Positions 7,357 to 17,172 of a stretch of DNA of 60,525 nucleotides are shown here, one piece after another. Position 1 is the first letter of the stretch. Every line of letters starts with the position of its first letter. Position numbers and translations under genes: made by a program. Under the pieces are notes generated by a model. That model worked only from the letters and a program-made list of their open reading frames with translations. It was not told where the DNA came from and did not search any database. Source of the DNA: a virus. The stretch is taken from positions 1 to 60,525 of the IMG/VR virus record IMGVR_UViG_3300044764_000010. One strand, written 5' to 3'.

Positions 7357-8156
7357 CCACGCCCATCCCGATCCCCGACGGCCCGCCCGCGGACTACACA
7401 TCCATCCTGTGTGGTCCGTGGGCGCAGCCGTCTGACATCCCCGAGGCGTACCGCGGGAACCTGTCCGACGGGCAGTGGCAGACGCTCATCCTGTACGCGT
7501 CCGAGATCCTGTACCACCTCTCGGCCCGACGCTGGCTCGGCATCGGCTGCGAGGAAATCACGACGTTCGCGAGTTCGCCGGCAGCGATCGGCACGGGCTC
7601 GTGGCCGTTCGCCGCGGCATGGTCGTGTGGGTGCTGGATCCCGGGTGGGGCCTGGTTCGGGTGGGGCTACGGCCCGATGTTCACCGGTGAGCACCCGCGG
7701 CCTACCGCGCTCAAGCTGGATAGCTCGAGCACCGAGGTCACGTCGGTGAGCACCGCAGCAGGCGTGCTGGATCCCGCGGCCTACCGTCTGTCGAGCTCGG
7801 GCTACCTCGAGCGCATCGACGGCGGCACGTGGCCCGTGTGCGGTGAGAACGGCCCCACGATCGTCGCAGCGGCCCGCGGCATCGCTCCCCCGCTCGGCGG
7901 CGTCATGGCCTGCGTCCAGTTCGTCATCGAGCTCTACAAGCAGTGGGCGAACGATCCGACGTGCGCGATCCCGAACCGCGCTACCTCGGTTTCCCGGCAG
8001 GGCGTCACGGTCACGCTGGACACCTCGGTATTCCTGGACAAGGGCCGCACGGGCATCCGGGGCGTTGACACGTGGCTCCTCGCCGAGAACCCCAAGGGTC
8101 GCCGCCGCGGTGGCTCGGTCTGGTCGCCGGATGTTCCCTCGGGCAGACGCGGTTAG
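7353..8156 (+). CDS. head-to-tail adaptor-like protein
   Basis: GTGA overlap. The motif ASEILYHLSARRWLGIGCEEIT...RP...VSRQGVTVT resembles actinophage adaptor proteins. Confidence 0.55.
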   Translation: MTTPIPIPDGPPADYTSILCGPWAQPSDIPEAYRGNLSDGQWQTLILYASEILYHLSARRWLGIGCEEITTFASSPAAIGTGSWPFAAAWSCGCWIPGGAWFGWGYGPMFTGEHPRPTALKLDSSSTEVTSVSTAAGVLDPAAYRLSSSGYLERIDGGTWPVCGENGPTIVAAARGIAPPLGGVMACVQFVIELYKQWANDPTCAIPNRATSVSRQGVTVTLDTSVFLDKGRTGIRGVDTWLLAENPKGRRRGGSVWSPDVPSGRRG

Positions 8157-8192
8157 CTCCCCCTGACTTGGGGGGCATGATCCAGCTACGAT
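8153..8192 (+). promoter_or_regulatory. degenerate dyad-spacer promoter (TTAGCT-C5-TGACTT-G6-CATGAT) plus downstream TACGAT box
   Basis: 17-bp spacer is retained. The TACGAT at 8187-8192 ends 7 nt before the ATG at 8199. Confidence 0.45.
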
Positions 8193-8198
8193 CTCGAC

Positions 8199-8450
8199 AT
8201 GTCGAACGAACACGTGCGCGAGCACGATCCCTTCTCGGGACACGCCGACCCCGCAGACCCCGTGTGGGAGAACCTCCCCGCCGTCCTCGTCAAGCTCGAG
8301 GCGACCACGACCGTGTTCCCGCAGGAGATCGCGGTGACGCCCCTGCCGGCCGAGCCGCCGCCGGCTGCCAGGGAGCCCGAGGTCAAGAAGGCCCCTGTCC
8401 GCCGCGGCCGCAAGCCTCGGCGCACGGTGAGTAAGCCGGCCGCCAAGTGA
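8199..8450 (+). CDS. hypothetical protein with basic C-terminal tail
   Basis: Track ORF of 83 aa, ending ...KKAPVRRGRKPRRTVSKPAAK. Confidence 0.6.
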   Translation: MSNEHVREHDPFSGHADPADPVWENLPAVLVKLEATTTVFPQEIAVTPLPAEPPPAAREPEVKKAPVRRGRKPRRTVSKPAAK

Positions 8451-9007
8451 AGGCCGACAATCTGCCCAAGACGGGGCTCAACCTCCTCCCGTTCGCCGTC
8501 AACGCGCTCGAGTACATCGAGGCGTTTTTCACGGCCAACGGCGTAGCGCTGCCCGAGCGCCGGTACATCGCGCCGGGCGTCCCTGCGATGGACGCGTGGG
8601 ACTGCGAGCAATTCATGGTGGGCTGCGTCGGCATCACGAACGGTGGTGCGCAGCAAGGCAACGCCGGCGGGATGCCGCGCGCTGGTTCGCCGGCGTCCGT
8701 GATGACGTTTCGCGGGGTGTCGTACGGCATCCAGCTCGTGCGCTGCGTGCCCAAGGTGAGCGAGTACGGGCAGCCGCCGGACCCCGCCGAGGTGAACAAG
8801 GCCGGCCGGCAACAGCTCATCGATATGGGCCTGCTCTCGCAGGCGGTGGTGAACCTCGCCTCGAGCCCGCCCTCGTGGGTGACCAAGGAGATGAACGTGG
8901 ACGCCGGCGAGGTGGCTCCGCTCGGCCCGTTCGGTGGCTATGCGGCCATCGAGGCGGCCATCAGGATCACCGGCCTCGAGCTCATGACGGGGGATGAGGT
9001 GCCGTAA
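8447..9007 (+). CDS. neck/connector-region structural protein
   Basis: GTGA overlap. 186 aa. Called by position between adaptor-like and gp10-like genes only. Confidence 0.4.
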   Translation: MKADNLPKTGLNLLPFAVNALEYIEAFFTANGVALPERRYIAPGVPAMDAWDCEQFMVGCVGITNGGAQQGNAGGMPRAGSPASVMTFRGVSYGIQLVRCVPKVSEYGQPPDPAEVNKAGRQQLIDMGLLSQAVVNLASSPPSWVTKEMNVDAGEVAPLGPFGGYAAIEAAIRITGLELMTGDEVP

Positions 9008-9429
9008 TGGCCATCCGCGTGAAGGTGACCCGGATCAACTCGACCATGTTCAACAAGTTCGTGAACGCCCGACAGGGTCCGATCCGGATGGACCTCAATC
9101 GGCGCGCCTCGAACGTCCAGGCGTTCCAGCAACGCAAGGCGCCGAGGCGGACCGGCACGCTCGCGGCCACGAGCCGTAAGCGGCAGGGACGCAGCAACAC
9201 CCTGCGCCCGTGGGTCGAGGTCGTGATCGGGAAGTCCGGCACCACGGACTACCTCGGCTACATCCTGTTCGGCACGCCGGCGCACGAAATCCGGGCCATC
9301 CCGAACCGGCCCAACCCGAGGCTCCGTTTCATGTCCGGCGGCTCGGTGGTGTTCGCCAAGGTGGTGTGGCACCCCGGTACCAAGGCCAACAACTTTGTGC
9401 TCGAGTCGCTCCCGGTGGCGCTGCGATGA
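9007..9429 (+). CDS. HK97 gp10-like head-tail joining protein
   Basis: TAATG overlap. 140 aa, with ...GYILFGTPAHEI...WHPGTKANNFVLESL typical of the gp10 family. Confidence 0.55.
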   Translation: MAIRVKVTRINSTMFNKFVNARQGPIRMDLNRRASNVQAFQQRKAPRRTGTLAATSRKRQGRSNTLRPWVEVVIGKSGTTDYLGYILFGTPAHEIRAIPNRPNPRLRFMSGGSVVFAKVVWHPGTKANNFVLESLPVALR

Positions 9430-10082
9430 GGGCGCTCGGGACGTTTTGGACGCTGTTGTCCGTCACGGCGCAGCTGTACGTGATCTGGTTTTTCCTATGC
9501 GAAGTCGCTCGATTCATCACCAGAAAGAGGCACCCCATGGCAGGCAAGCGGTACGGATCGATGGCACCCGAAAAGGTCGAACTCGTTCCGTTCGAGTTGG
9601 TGGCGATGCGTGAGAACGAGATGACCGGCGAGCCCGAGCCCGAGGTCCACGAGTTCACCGCGCGGCCCGTGTCGGACGCCGGTGACCTCGTGGCCATGGC
9701 CTTGGCGCAGGAGAGCGGGGACGGCACCAAGGTTGCCGCGGTGGTCTCGCGCATGATCAAGAAGGTGGTCGTCAACGGGGACGGCACGCCGTCTCAGTGG
9801 TCCGCCAAGGAGATCAACCCGCTCGATCCCGAGAAGGCCACCGCGGCAGAGTTTGAGGCGCACGTGGCCGAGTACCACGGGCCGGACGGGCAGCGCTACC
9901 GGATGGACGGCGAGGAGCGCGCCAAGTTCGAGGACATCGCGAACGGCTCGAGCCGGCGCCGGCTGTTGCACCTGATGTACGAGGACGAGGCGACGGTCAG
10001 GATGGAAGATATTGCCGAGATCATGAAGGACATGATGGGCAAGGCGAGCGGACGCCCTACCACCGCGCCGTCTCGATCCTGA
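9426..10082 (+). CDS. tail assembly chaperone (G-like); alternative start at 9537
   Basis: ATGA overlap at 9426. An internal ATG at 9537 has an aaagagg RBS. The acidic C-terminus ends ...MGKASGRPTTAPSRS. Lies immediately upstream of the tape measure. Confidence 0.55.
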   Translation: MRALGTFWTLLSVTAQLYVIWFFLCEVARFITRKRHPMAGKRYGSMAPEKVELVPFELVAMRENEMTGEPEPEVHEFTARPVSDAGDLVAMALAQESGDGTKVAAVVSRMIKKVVVNGDGTPSQWSAKEINPLDPEKATAAEFEAHVAEYHGPDGQRYRMDGEERAKFEDIANGSSRRRLLHLMYEDEATVRMEDIAEIMKDMMGKASGRPTTAPSRS

Positions 10083-10147
10083 GTGCGGCGCGCGGGCCCT
10101 TCCACAAGACGTACGTCGAGGGTCGCCTTGCCCTCGCGGGGATCAAT

Positions 10148-10354
10148 ATGCGGACACCGCTCAAGCACTGGCTAGACGCTGCCTATGTTTTGATCCTCGA
10201 AACGCCCTACGACGACATCAAGAAGCTCGAGAGTCAACTCACCGTGAGCGATGCGCAGGTTGACCCGAAGGCGGCTCGTGCGGAGTGGGGCCAAACGCCT
10301 CAACATCAGGCGATGATGGGCAGCCTCGCTCGAGGTGCGGAACCGGGACAGTGA
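10148..10354 (+). CDS. hypothetical protein, or -1-frame extension (GT-like) of the chaperone
   Basis: Its frame is -1 relative to 9426-10082 and stays open upstream to 9614. I found no canonical slippery heptamer. Confidence 0.4.
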   Translation: MRTPLKHWLDAAYVLILETPYDDIKKLESQLTVSDAQVDPKAARAEWGQTPQHQAMMGSLARGAEPGQ

Positions 10355-10366
10355 GGGGGGTGGCCA

Positions 10367-13051
10367 ATGCTGATTGGCGAGGCGACGATCAAGATCGACG
10401 CTGACACTATCGGGCTCAAAAAGCAGGTAAGCGACGACCTGAATGATGCGCTCGGCGGCATTCGGCCACCCGTGGACCCGATCAAGAAGACCAAGGACGA
10501 GGCCGACAAAGCAGACAAGTCGATCTCCAAGCTCATCACCAGTTTCAACGGGTTCGCCGCGAGCGCCGGCCGCGGGTTCTTGAGCATCATGAAAGTCGCC
10601 GGCGGGTTCGCCTCGATGAGTACCGCGGCCAACGTCATCCCCGCCATCGTCGCCGGCGTGGCCACCCTGTCCGGCGCAATGTTCCTTGCGGTCCCTGCGG
10701 GGTTCGCCTTGGCCGGCGTGATGGCAACGATCAAGCTCGGGGGCGAGGGCGCTAAACGCGCGTTCGATCGGCTCAATCCCACGCTTGATCAACTCAAGTC
10801 CAAGGTCTCGACCTCGTTCGAGCTCTCGCTCAACCCTGCCGTCAACAACTTGCGGACCGTGCTGCCCAAGCTCACCTCAGGGTTTCAGCAGATCGCCTCG
10901 GCCATCGGTGGCGTGGCCACCAAAGTTTCGATCATGGTCAAGACCAACGCGGCCACCTCGCAGCTACAGGCGATCCTTAGCGGCACGTCGCGCGTGGTCC
11001 AGAACCTCGGGGCTGCGCTCGCGCCGGTGATCGCCGCGTTCATCAAGATCGGCGCGACGGCCATGCCGATCCTCGTACAGCTCACCGCGGGGGCAGGCGC
11101 GGCCGGCGACAAGTTCAACGCGCTCATCCAGCGCATGGCCGACTCGGGCTCGCTCACCGCCTGGATTCAGTCCGCGCTTGAGGGGTTCCGCGCGATCGGC
11201 GCCGTGCTCGGTGACCTCGGCGCGATCCTCAAGGCGGTGTTCACCGCGGTCCAGGCTGCCGGCGGTGGCCTCGGCGGCGTGCTCGGCGAGGTCATCGGGC
11301 GCATCCGTGAGTTCGTGGAGTCGGCGCAGGGGCAGGCCGTGCTTACCGCGCTGGTCACGGCGATCAACGCCATCAGTACCGCGCTCGGTACGGTGCTCAC
11401 CGCGGCACTCGATGCGATCGGGCCGGCCATCCCGGACCTGGTTGACGCGTTCTCGCAGCTCATCGCGATCATCACGCCCACCATCGTGTCCATCATCCAG
11501 AGCCTCGCCGGCGCGTTCCAGGGTCTCGCGCAATTCCTCGCGGCCAACATGGAATGGCTCGGCCCGATCGCCGTCACGGTGCTCGCCCTGATCGGCGCGT
11601 TCAAGATCTTTGTCACGGTCATCACCGCCATCCGCGCGGCCATCGTCGCGTGGTCGATCGTGCAAGCCGTGCTCAACGTCCTCCTCACCGCCAACCCGGT
11701 GGGCGTGATCATCGTCGCCATCGGCGCGCTCATCGCCCTCGTGGTGGTGGTGCTCACCAACCTCGAGTTCTTCCGGGGCGTGTGGGACACGGTGTGGAAG
11801 TTCGTCTCGGACGTGATCAGCACGACCGTGGACGCGATCAAGGACGCGTGGGGTGCCCTGACCTCGTGGCTCTCGGGCGTCATCGACTCCATCGGGAACT
11901 TTTTCAAGGACATCGGCAATTGGTTCGCCGAGCTGCCGGGCAAGATCGGCTCTTTCCTCGCCGGCCTCCCCGCGGTGATCGGCAACGCCTTGCTCGCTGC
12001 CATGCAGTGGGGCCTTAACGCCATCTACCAGGGGATCCAGTGGTACATAGCGGCGATGATCGCCCTCCCCCTGCGGATCATCGAGGCCATCATCACGTTC
12101 GGTCCGATGCTTTTCAATTGGGCGGTTGACGCGTTCATCTGGCTGGTCAACGCCGTGGTGCAAGGCATCGCGAACGTGATCACGTTCTTCCAGGAGCTAC
12201 CCGGCAAGATCATTTCGGCCGTGATCAACTTCGCGGTGATGATGGCCGAGTGGGCGCGAGGCGCGTTCATCGCGTTCATCAACATGGCCGTCACCAAGGC
12301 CGCCGAGTTTATCGTCTGGGTGCGCGGACTGCCGGGCCGGATCATCGCCGGCATCCAGAACCTCGGCTCACTCCTGGCCACCGGCGCCCGGAACCATTTC
12401 AACGCCTTCTTAGACGGCGCCAAGCAGGTGGGCGAGAACCTCCTTAACTGGGTGAAGGGGATCCCGCGGTGGATTGTCGACCGGCTCGGGGACCTCGGCA
12501 ACTTGCTCCTCGGCGCCGGCAAGGCGATCATCAACGGCCTGTTGAACGGGATCAAGAACGCGGTCAAGGGCGTGTTCGACTTCGTGGGCGGGATCGCCGA
12601 CAAGATCAAGAGCCTCAAGGGCCCGCTCTCCTACGACCGCGACCTCCTCATCCCCGCCGGCAACGCGATCATGCAGGGGTTGCACGAGGGCCTCGCCGAG
12701 CGGTTTGCCCGCGTGCTGCAGTTCGTGCGGACCGTCGCGCCCGAGATCAATCGGGCCATCGTGACGCAGGCCGGCGCGCTCTCCATCGGCGGCAAGATCG
12801 GCACCGACGACCGGCCCGACCTGCAGGCCGAGGATGGCACCACGGTCCCCGCCTCGTTCTACGACAAGCCACCGCCCGGGTACGTCCGTCCGCAGTGGAT
12901 CGATGACCTCATTGCCAACCTCAAGGCGCAGGCGGCCGCGCGAGACAAGGCTCTCGCCGAGGAGCTCACCAAGGTCCAGGTTGTGGTGTCCGCGAGTGAA
13001 GCCAATTCGCAGATCAAGAAAGTCCAGACCACCGACGAACGCAGGAGGTGA
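10367..13051 (+). CDS. tape measure protein
   Basis: 894 aa. Long Ala/Gly/Ile/Leu-rich helical and hydrophobic repeats. Lies between chaperone-like and minor tail genes. Confidence 0.9.
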   Translation: MLIGEATIKIDADTIGLKKQVSDDLNDALGGIRPPVDPIKKTKDEADKADKSISKLITSFNGFAASAGRGFLSIMKVAGGFASMSTAANVIPAIVAGVATLSGAMFLAVPAGFALAGVMATIKLGGEGAKRAFDRLNPTLDQLKSKVSTSFELSLNPAVNNLRTVLPKLTSGFQQIASAIGGVATKVSIMVKTNAATSQLQAILSGTSRVVQNLGAALAPVIAAFIKIGATAMPILVQLTAGAGAAGDKFNALIQRMADSGSLTAWIQSALEGFRAIGAVLGDLGAILKAVFTAVQAAGGGLGGVLGEVIGRIREFVESAQGQAVLTALVTAINAISTALGTVLTAALDAIGPAIPDLVDAFSQLIAIITPTIVSIIQSLAGAFQGLAQFLAANMEWLGPIAVTVLALIGAFKIFVTVITAIRAAIVAWSIVQAVLNVLLTANPVGVIIVAIGALIALVVVVLTNLEFFRGVWDTVWKFVSDVISTTVDAIKDAWGALTSWLSGVIDSIGNFFKDIGNWFAELPGKIGSFLAGLPAVIGNALLAAMQWGLNAIYQGIQWYIAAMIALPLRIIEAIITFGPMLFNWAVDAFIWLVNAVVQGIANVITFFQELPGKIISAVINFAVMMAEWARGAFIAFINMAVTKAAEFIVWVRGLPGRIIAGIQNLGSLLATGARNHFNAFLDGAKQVGENLLNWVKGIPRWIVDRLGDLGNLLLGAGKAIINGLLNGIKNAVKGVFDFVGGIADKIKSLKGPLSYDRDLLIPAGNAIMQGLHEGLAERFARVLQFVRTVAPEINRAIVTQAGALSIGGKIGTDDRPDLQAEDGTTVPASFYDKPPPGYVRPQWIDDLIANLKAQAAARDKALAEELTKVQVVVSASEANSQIKKVQTTDERRR

Positions 13052-13908
13052 CCGTGGAGTCCATCCACCTCGGGCCGCTCGGCCGACTCATGCGGATCGA
13101 CATTCCGAGCGAAGGCTTTTCGGCGACGCTCGTGGAGAACGGGGTAGAGCACGCTCCGCTCTCTGGTCGCGTCACCAAGGACGTGTTCAGCCGGCGCCGG
13201 CTGTACGAGGTCGACATGGATGGGCTCACCCCGCGGGCCCTGTCTTGGTTCGAGATGCTCTACACCGACGCGATTACCGGGCCGTTCTACCTTATCGACA
13301 CCTCGCGTACGAACCGGCTGCGAGCGAGGATCTCGAGCACGGGGACGGCGCCGATCTCGCTCAACGCGAACTCCACAGACTGGATCAACCCGGGAGCCGG
13401 CCCGCTCACCTATCCGACGGCCACCGCGGTACTGCTCCCCCGGGACGCGATCCTCTCGCCCGGTCCGAGCAAGGCTGTGCAGTGGGTGCCGGCCGCGGCC
13501 AACGTGCTCACGGACGCCGCGCTCATTCCCGTAATTCCGGGTGAGCCGCTCACGTTCTCGTGCTATGCGCAGGCCGGCGCGCCGTCGCTCGAGTTCGTCC
13601 CGTACAACGCTGCGCTCGCACCCCAGGCGGCCGTCACGGGAACGGTGGTGATCGCGAGCACGCCACCGCGGCGCTACGTCACCTACACGCCGCCGAGCAA
13701 TGGCACCATCGTCGCCGTCCGGGTCCAGATCCGCGCGGCCGCCGCGGGCACGTTCACCACCCTGGCGTGGATGCTCAACCCCGGCGTGCTGCCCGATGAC
13801 TGGACCCTCGGCACGGGCGTCCCGACCGTGATGCTCACCGAGATGGACAGTGACCGGGAACCGGTTGGCCGATACACCACGCCGTCGCTCGTGCTCAAGG
13901 AGACCTGA
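13048..13908 (+). CDS. minor tail protein (distal-tail-like by position)
   Basis: GTGA overlap with the tape-measure stop. 286 aa. Confidence 0.6.
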   Translation: MTVESIHLGPLGRLMRIDIPSEGFSATLVENGVEHAPLSGRVTKDVFSRRRLYEVDMDGLTPRALSWFEMLYTDAITGPFYLIDTSRTNRLRARISSTGTAPISLNANSTDWINPGAGPLTYPTATAVLLPRDAILSPGPSKAVQWVPAAANVLTDAALIPVIPGEPLTFSCYAQAGAPSLEFVPYNAALAPQAAVTGTVVIASTPPRRYVTYTPPSNGTIVAVRVQIRAAAAGTFTTLAWMLNPGVLPDDWTLGTGVPTVMLTEMDSDREPVGRYTTPSLVLKET

Positions 13909-13909
13909 C

Positions 13910-16483
13910 TTGCAAAACGCCGGTGACACCGCGCTCGCGGACGCGCTCAAGGTCGGACAGAAACGGTACTTCGGGACGTTCCTGACATTCGACTGGGGAC
14001 GCGACGGCTCGTACTCGGATCCGCTTTCGGACCTGTCCGACGTGTTTGACGAGGCCGTGATTGAGCGCGAGCTCGCCGGCGTGATCCCATCCGGAATGCA
14101 GACCACCGAGGGCTACTCAGGTGCCAAGGTGACGATCAAGCTCTCGGGTAACCTCGCGGACGGTACGCCCATCTGGCGAGCATTCAGCCCGTACGGCGGC
14201 TATGGCATCTACGGTACCGGTGGCGCGGTGAACACCCCGATGGTCCTCGATATCAAGACCATCACTTCGGACGGGTTCTCGACCACGCGGCAGATCACCG
14301 GGTGGGTCGACTCGGCCAAGCCCTCGAGGCATGACGGCTCGGTGACGATCGTCTGTTTCGACGCGGTTGGGCAGCTCGAGAACGGCATCACCAACTACCG
14401 GTGGGCCGTCGACTCGTACCGCAACGAGGTGGTCGCGCCGACCTACGGCACCGCGGTCCAGCGCAACGAGATCGCGAACTCGGGTACCGGGTCGATGTGC
14501 TGGGTGATCGACAACATCATGCGCCGGTCCGGATTTTACGAGGGCCCGCAGTGGCATGGTTGGGCGCTCGCTGCGTGGACGATGCGCGGCTCGACCCTGC
14601 CCGAGATCGGCACCATCAACCAGGAGCGGACGACCAGTTACGAGAACGTCTGGACGTTCGGCACCGGGGTCTACAACACGCCGATGGTCTCGCCCCCCGG
14701 GCAGCCGGCCGAGGTCTGGTCGAAAGCGCAGGGCAAGTACGGGCCGGCGTTTAAGGGCGCTACCAACCTTGGGCTCTACAACGGCGGGGCCCGCTCGGTG
14801 ATCCAAAGCAAGCTCGCCGGCTCGGCACAGGCAGCCGGCCGGTATGACGTATCGATCTTCGGGCCCAACAACTCGAACCTCCTCGGGCAATCGATGTGGG
14901 TCTACATCGATCGCACGCTCGGCTCGGCGCAACAGACCTACACACAGTTTTTCCTGTCCGACCTGCAAAAGAACTTCTCGGGCAGCAACCGGTATCCGGC
15001 CAACGCGTTCGCCTCGGTCCGCCATGACAGCGGCCTGGTCCGCATGTCGGTGACGAACGAGGGCAGCGGGCAACTCACGTGGGATTGGGTCAACCCGGTG
15101 GCGCTCACGACCGGGTGGCACTTCATCTCGTGGGCCGTCAAGTTCACCTCTACGCAGGTGACAGCCACCCTCTGGATCGACGGCGCGTTGGTGCTCAACA
15201 ACACGAACGGCGGCCGCGTGGGCGGGCTCGGCGCGCTCACCTACGTGTGGCCCCAAGCGTCCACCAACGCCTGCCTCGTGGACTCGCAATATCCCGTCCA
15301 ATACGTCCAGTGGATCGGGATGCCGAACTTCCTTGTGGGCTCGTACCCGCAGCCACCGAGCGCGCCACCGACCGACCCGCGGTATCAGGCCAAGATCGAT
15401 CTCGCCGGCCAACGGCTGATGTGGATGCCCAACGTCGAATCGGACCCGTCGGGCGAGATCGTGCAGAAGGTGGTGGGTGCCGAACTCGGCGCGTTCTACG
15501 CCACCGAGCAAGGCGTCCTCACGTTCGACTCGCGCGAGACGATCAAGGGCCGGCAGACCGTGGGCGCGGTGGCGTTCGAGCTCACCCTCGATGAGGTCGG
15601 CGAGCTCGCGCCCGAGACCACCTACTTGAGCATTGCGAACGAGATCGGTTTCGTCGCTGTGCGCAAGGTCGCGGTCCCGTACCAGAACATCTACGCGACC
15701 ACCAAGGCGGACCAGTTCCTCGTCCAGCCGGGCACCTACATCCTCTGGCCCGTCACCCTCTCGGATGTCCAGAGCATCCGCGTTGGCGGCGTCACGTACC
15801 GGCCGTATGCGCAGGGCTACGACGCCGGCCTGTCCCCGCCCGATCTCTACTGGCAGTCCTATATGGACTACTACAAGCCCGAGTTCTGGCAAGACGGGTT
15901 CACCGCCTACGCGCCGTTCTCGCGGACGGCGAACTTTCCGCCACCGCAGGCCGGCGGGCTCGCGGTGGACGGCATCACCGGATGGGCCGACACCGACCAG
16001 AACCCGCGGCACATGCGGATCGCCACCAACAACTTCGGAGGCGGCAACCCCGCGCTCGAGTACGCGGTGGACGATGGCACGCCGTTCCTCAAGATCGCCG
16101 GCACGACCATCGAGGAGCGGCCCACCGTGTCCGAGTCGCTGCGTGATGCCACGAGCATCGTGCGGTACAAGGAGCGCGTCTACAACCTGCCGGCGGACGA
16201 CTGGCACCAAGACATTGTGTGGCTCCGCTCGCTCGGCGCGTCCCTCCTCGCCGACACCAAGAACCCGCAGACGGCGTTCGAGGAGATTGAGGTGGTGGGG
16301 GATCCCCGCCGGCAACTGCAGGACGTGGTGCGCATCGTGGACGCCGACAAGCCAAGCGCGCCGGGGATGACCGGCACGACGGTCGCGTACGGCTCGGTGG
16401 TGGGGATCAAGCGCACGATCTCGAGGAGCGGCGACGGCGCTGCCATCAAGGACGCCCTGACCATCCGCACGTTCCCGGGGTAG
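13910..16483 (+). CDS. minor tail protein with LamG/concanavalin-like segment
   Basis: TTG start 7 nt after aaggag and 2 nt after the upstream stop. The segment WHFISWAVKFTSTQVTATLWIDGALV is typical of LamG-like lectin folds. Confidence 0.7.
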   Translation: MQNAGDTALADALKVGQKRYFGTFLTFDWGRDGSYSDPLSDLSDVFDEAVIERELAGVIPSGMQTTEGYSGAKVTIKLSGNLADGTPIWRAFSPYGGYGIYGTGGAVNTPMVLDIKTITSDGFSTTRQITGWVDSAKPSRHDGSVTIVCFDAVGQLENGITNYRWAVDSYRNEVVAPTYGTAVQRNEIANSGTGSMCWVIDNIMRRSGFYEGPQWHGWALAAWTMRGSTLPEIGTINQERTTSYENVWTFGTGVYNTPMVSPPGQPAEVWSKAQGKYGPAFKGATNLGLYNGGARSVIQSKLAGSAQAAGRYDVSIFGPNNSNLLGQSMWVYIDRTLGSAQQTYTQFFLSDLQKNFSGSNRYPANAFASVRHDSGLVRMSVTNEGSGQLTWDWVNPVALTTGWHFISWAVKFTSTQVTATLWIDGALVLNNTNGGRVGGLGALTYVWPQASTNACLVDSQYPVQYVQWIGMPNFLVGSYPQPPSAPPTDPRYQAKIDLAGQRLMWMPNVESDPSGEIVQKVVGAELGAFYATEQGVLTFDSRETIKGRQTVGAVAFELTLDEVGELAPETTYLSIANEIGFVAVRKVAVPYQNIYATTKADQFLVQPGTYILWPVTLSDVQSIRVGGVTYRPYAQGYDAGLSPPDLYWQSYMDYYKPEFWQDGFTAYAPFSRTANFPPPQAGGLAVDGITGWADTDQNPRHMRIATNNFGGGNPALEYAVDDGTPFLKIAGTTIEERPTVSESLRDATSIVRYKERVYNLPADDWHQDIVWLRSLGASLLADTKNPQTAFEEIEVVGDPRRQLQDVVRIVDADKPSAPGMTGTTVAYGSVVGIKRTISRSGDGAAIKDALTIRTFPG

Positions 16484-16734
16484 CGAGTTACACTCGGGGT
16501 GTCCTTTCGCGGGACACATGCCGGGCAGGCGTGTTGACTCTCCAAAGAGAAACCCCGGGGTACGGCGACCCCGGGGTTTTCTCGTGCCCTACGCCGGGCT
16601 ACCGGGTCTGGGCGCTTGCCACATGACGACTTCGATTTGCCACCCGACGAATGCTTCCAATACGTCCGGCCGTTGCGAGTTGCCCACACTTGAACAGGTA
16701 GCCCGCAACGGCGGCAAGCGTGAGTACTTGTCAC
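16180..16734 (-). CDS. hypothetical zinc-ribbon-like protein; 3' end uncertain
   Basis: GTGA overlap with the upstream gene. The N-terminus MTSTHACRRCGLPVQVWATRNGRTYWKHSS looks real. The frame then runs through the terminator and antisense into the tail gene before the first stop. Confidence 0.3.
   Translation of the reverse strand: MTSTHACRRCGLPVQVWATRNGRTYWKHSSGGKSKSSCGKRPDPVARRRARENPGVAVPRGFSLESQHACPACVPRKDTPSVTRYPGNVRMVRASLMAAPSPLLEIVRLIPTTEPYATVVPVIPGALGLSASTMRTTSCSCRRGSPTTSISSNAVCGFLVSARRDAPSERSHTMSWCQSSAGRL
16550..16579. terminator. bidirectional terminator between convergent tail operon and minus-strand island
   Basis: aaaccccgggg / ccccggggttt, 11-bp stem, flanked by an A-run and a T-run. 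Confidence 0.75.
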
Positions 16735-16931
16735 GGGATGCTCGCAGACACTCGTTGCAGCGCGGCAGTAAAACTCTTCTCGATCGCTATCAGTTCACCT
16801 GCCGGGCTGTATACGGACCAGGTTCCCGTAGTCCGTCGGCTTAGATCATGGCCTTCCACAATCCACATGCCGGGACAGATACACGAGTGCTCCATCCGGG
16901 CAAGAAGCGCGCCCCGCTCGGTCTGGTACAT
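16731..16931 (-). CDS. hypothetical protein (66 aa)
   Basis: ATG overlaps the upstream stop (TGATG). MYQTERGALLARMEHSCICPGMWIVEGHDL... Local GC looks lower by eye. Confidence 0.5.
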   Translation of the reverse strand: MYQTERGALLARMEHSCICPGMWIVEGHDLSRRTTGTWSVYSPAGELIAIEKSFTAALQRVSASIP

Positions 16932-17134
16932 CAGACGATCCGGCCGTTTCGGTAGACCCGGACGATGCGGTCCTCGTGCCAGCACGTCACGTCGGTGTCT
17001 ACGGTGTTCTCGCTGATGGAGAGGCCGTAGGTGCGGACCTGCTCCGCTGACCAGCCGTTGAGCGGCTTGACCGTCACCTTGCGGCACCGAGAGGTGCGCT
17101 TGTAGGTGACTCCGGTCTTCTTCTCTGTGGCCAT
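16931..17134 (-). CDS. hypothetical protein (67 aa)
   Basis: The second ATG of track ORF 16931-17140 lies exactly 7 nt after the minus-strand TAAGAT box. Confidence 0.6.
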   Translation of the reverse strand: MATEKKTGVTYKRTSRCRKVTVKPLNGWSAEQVRTYGLSISENTVDTDVTCWHEDRIVRVYRNGRIV

Positions 17135-17140
17135 ATCCAT

Positions 17141-17169
17141 ATCTTACCCCCCAATGTGGGGGGAGGCAA
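17141..17169 (-). promoter_or_regulatory. canonical dyad-spacer promoter on the minus strand (TTGCCT-C6-ACATT-G6-TAAGAT), leaderless geometry
   Basis: The reverse complement of 17141-17169 matches the family. The ATG at 17134 is +7 from the -10 box. Confidence 0.7.
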
Positions 17170-17172
17170 GGG

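Noticed and set aside
9948-10082. A canonical -1 slippery heptamer at the end of the tail chaperone gene.
   Set aside because: Reading the zero-frame codons across the last 45 codons gave no X_XXY_YYZ pattern. The frameshift is therefore left as an open question rather than annotated.
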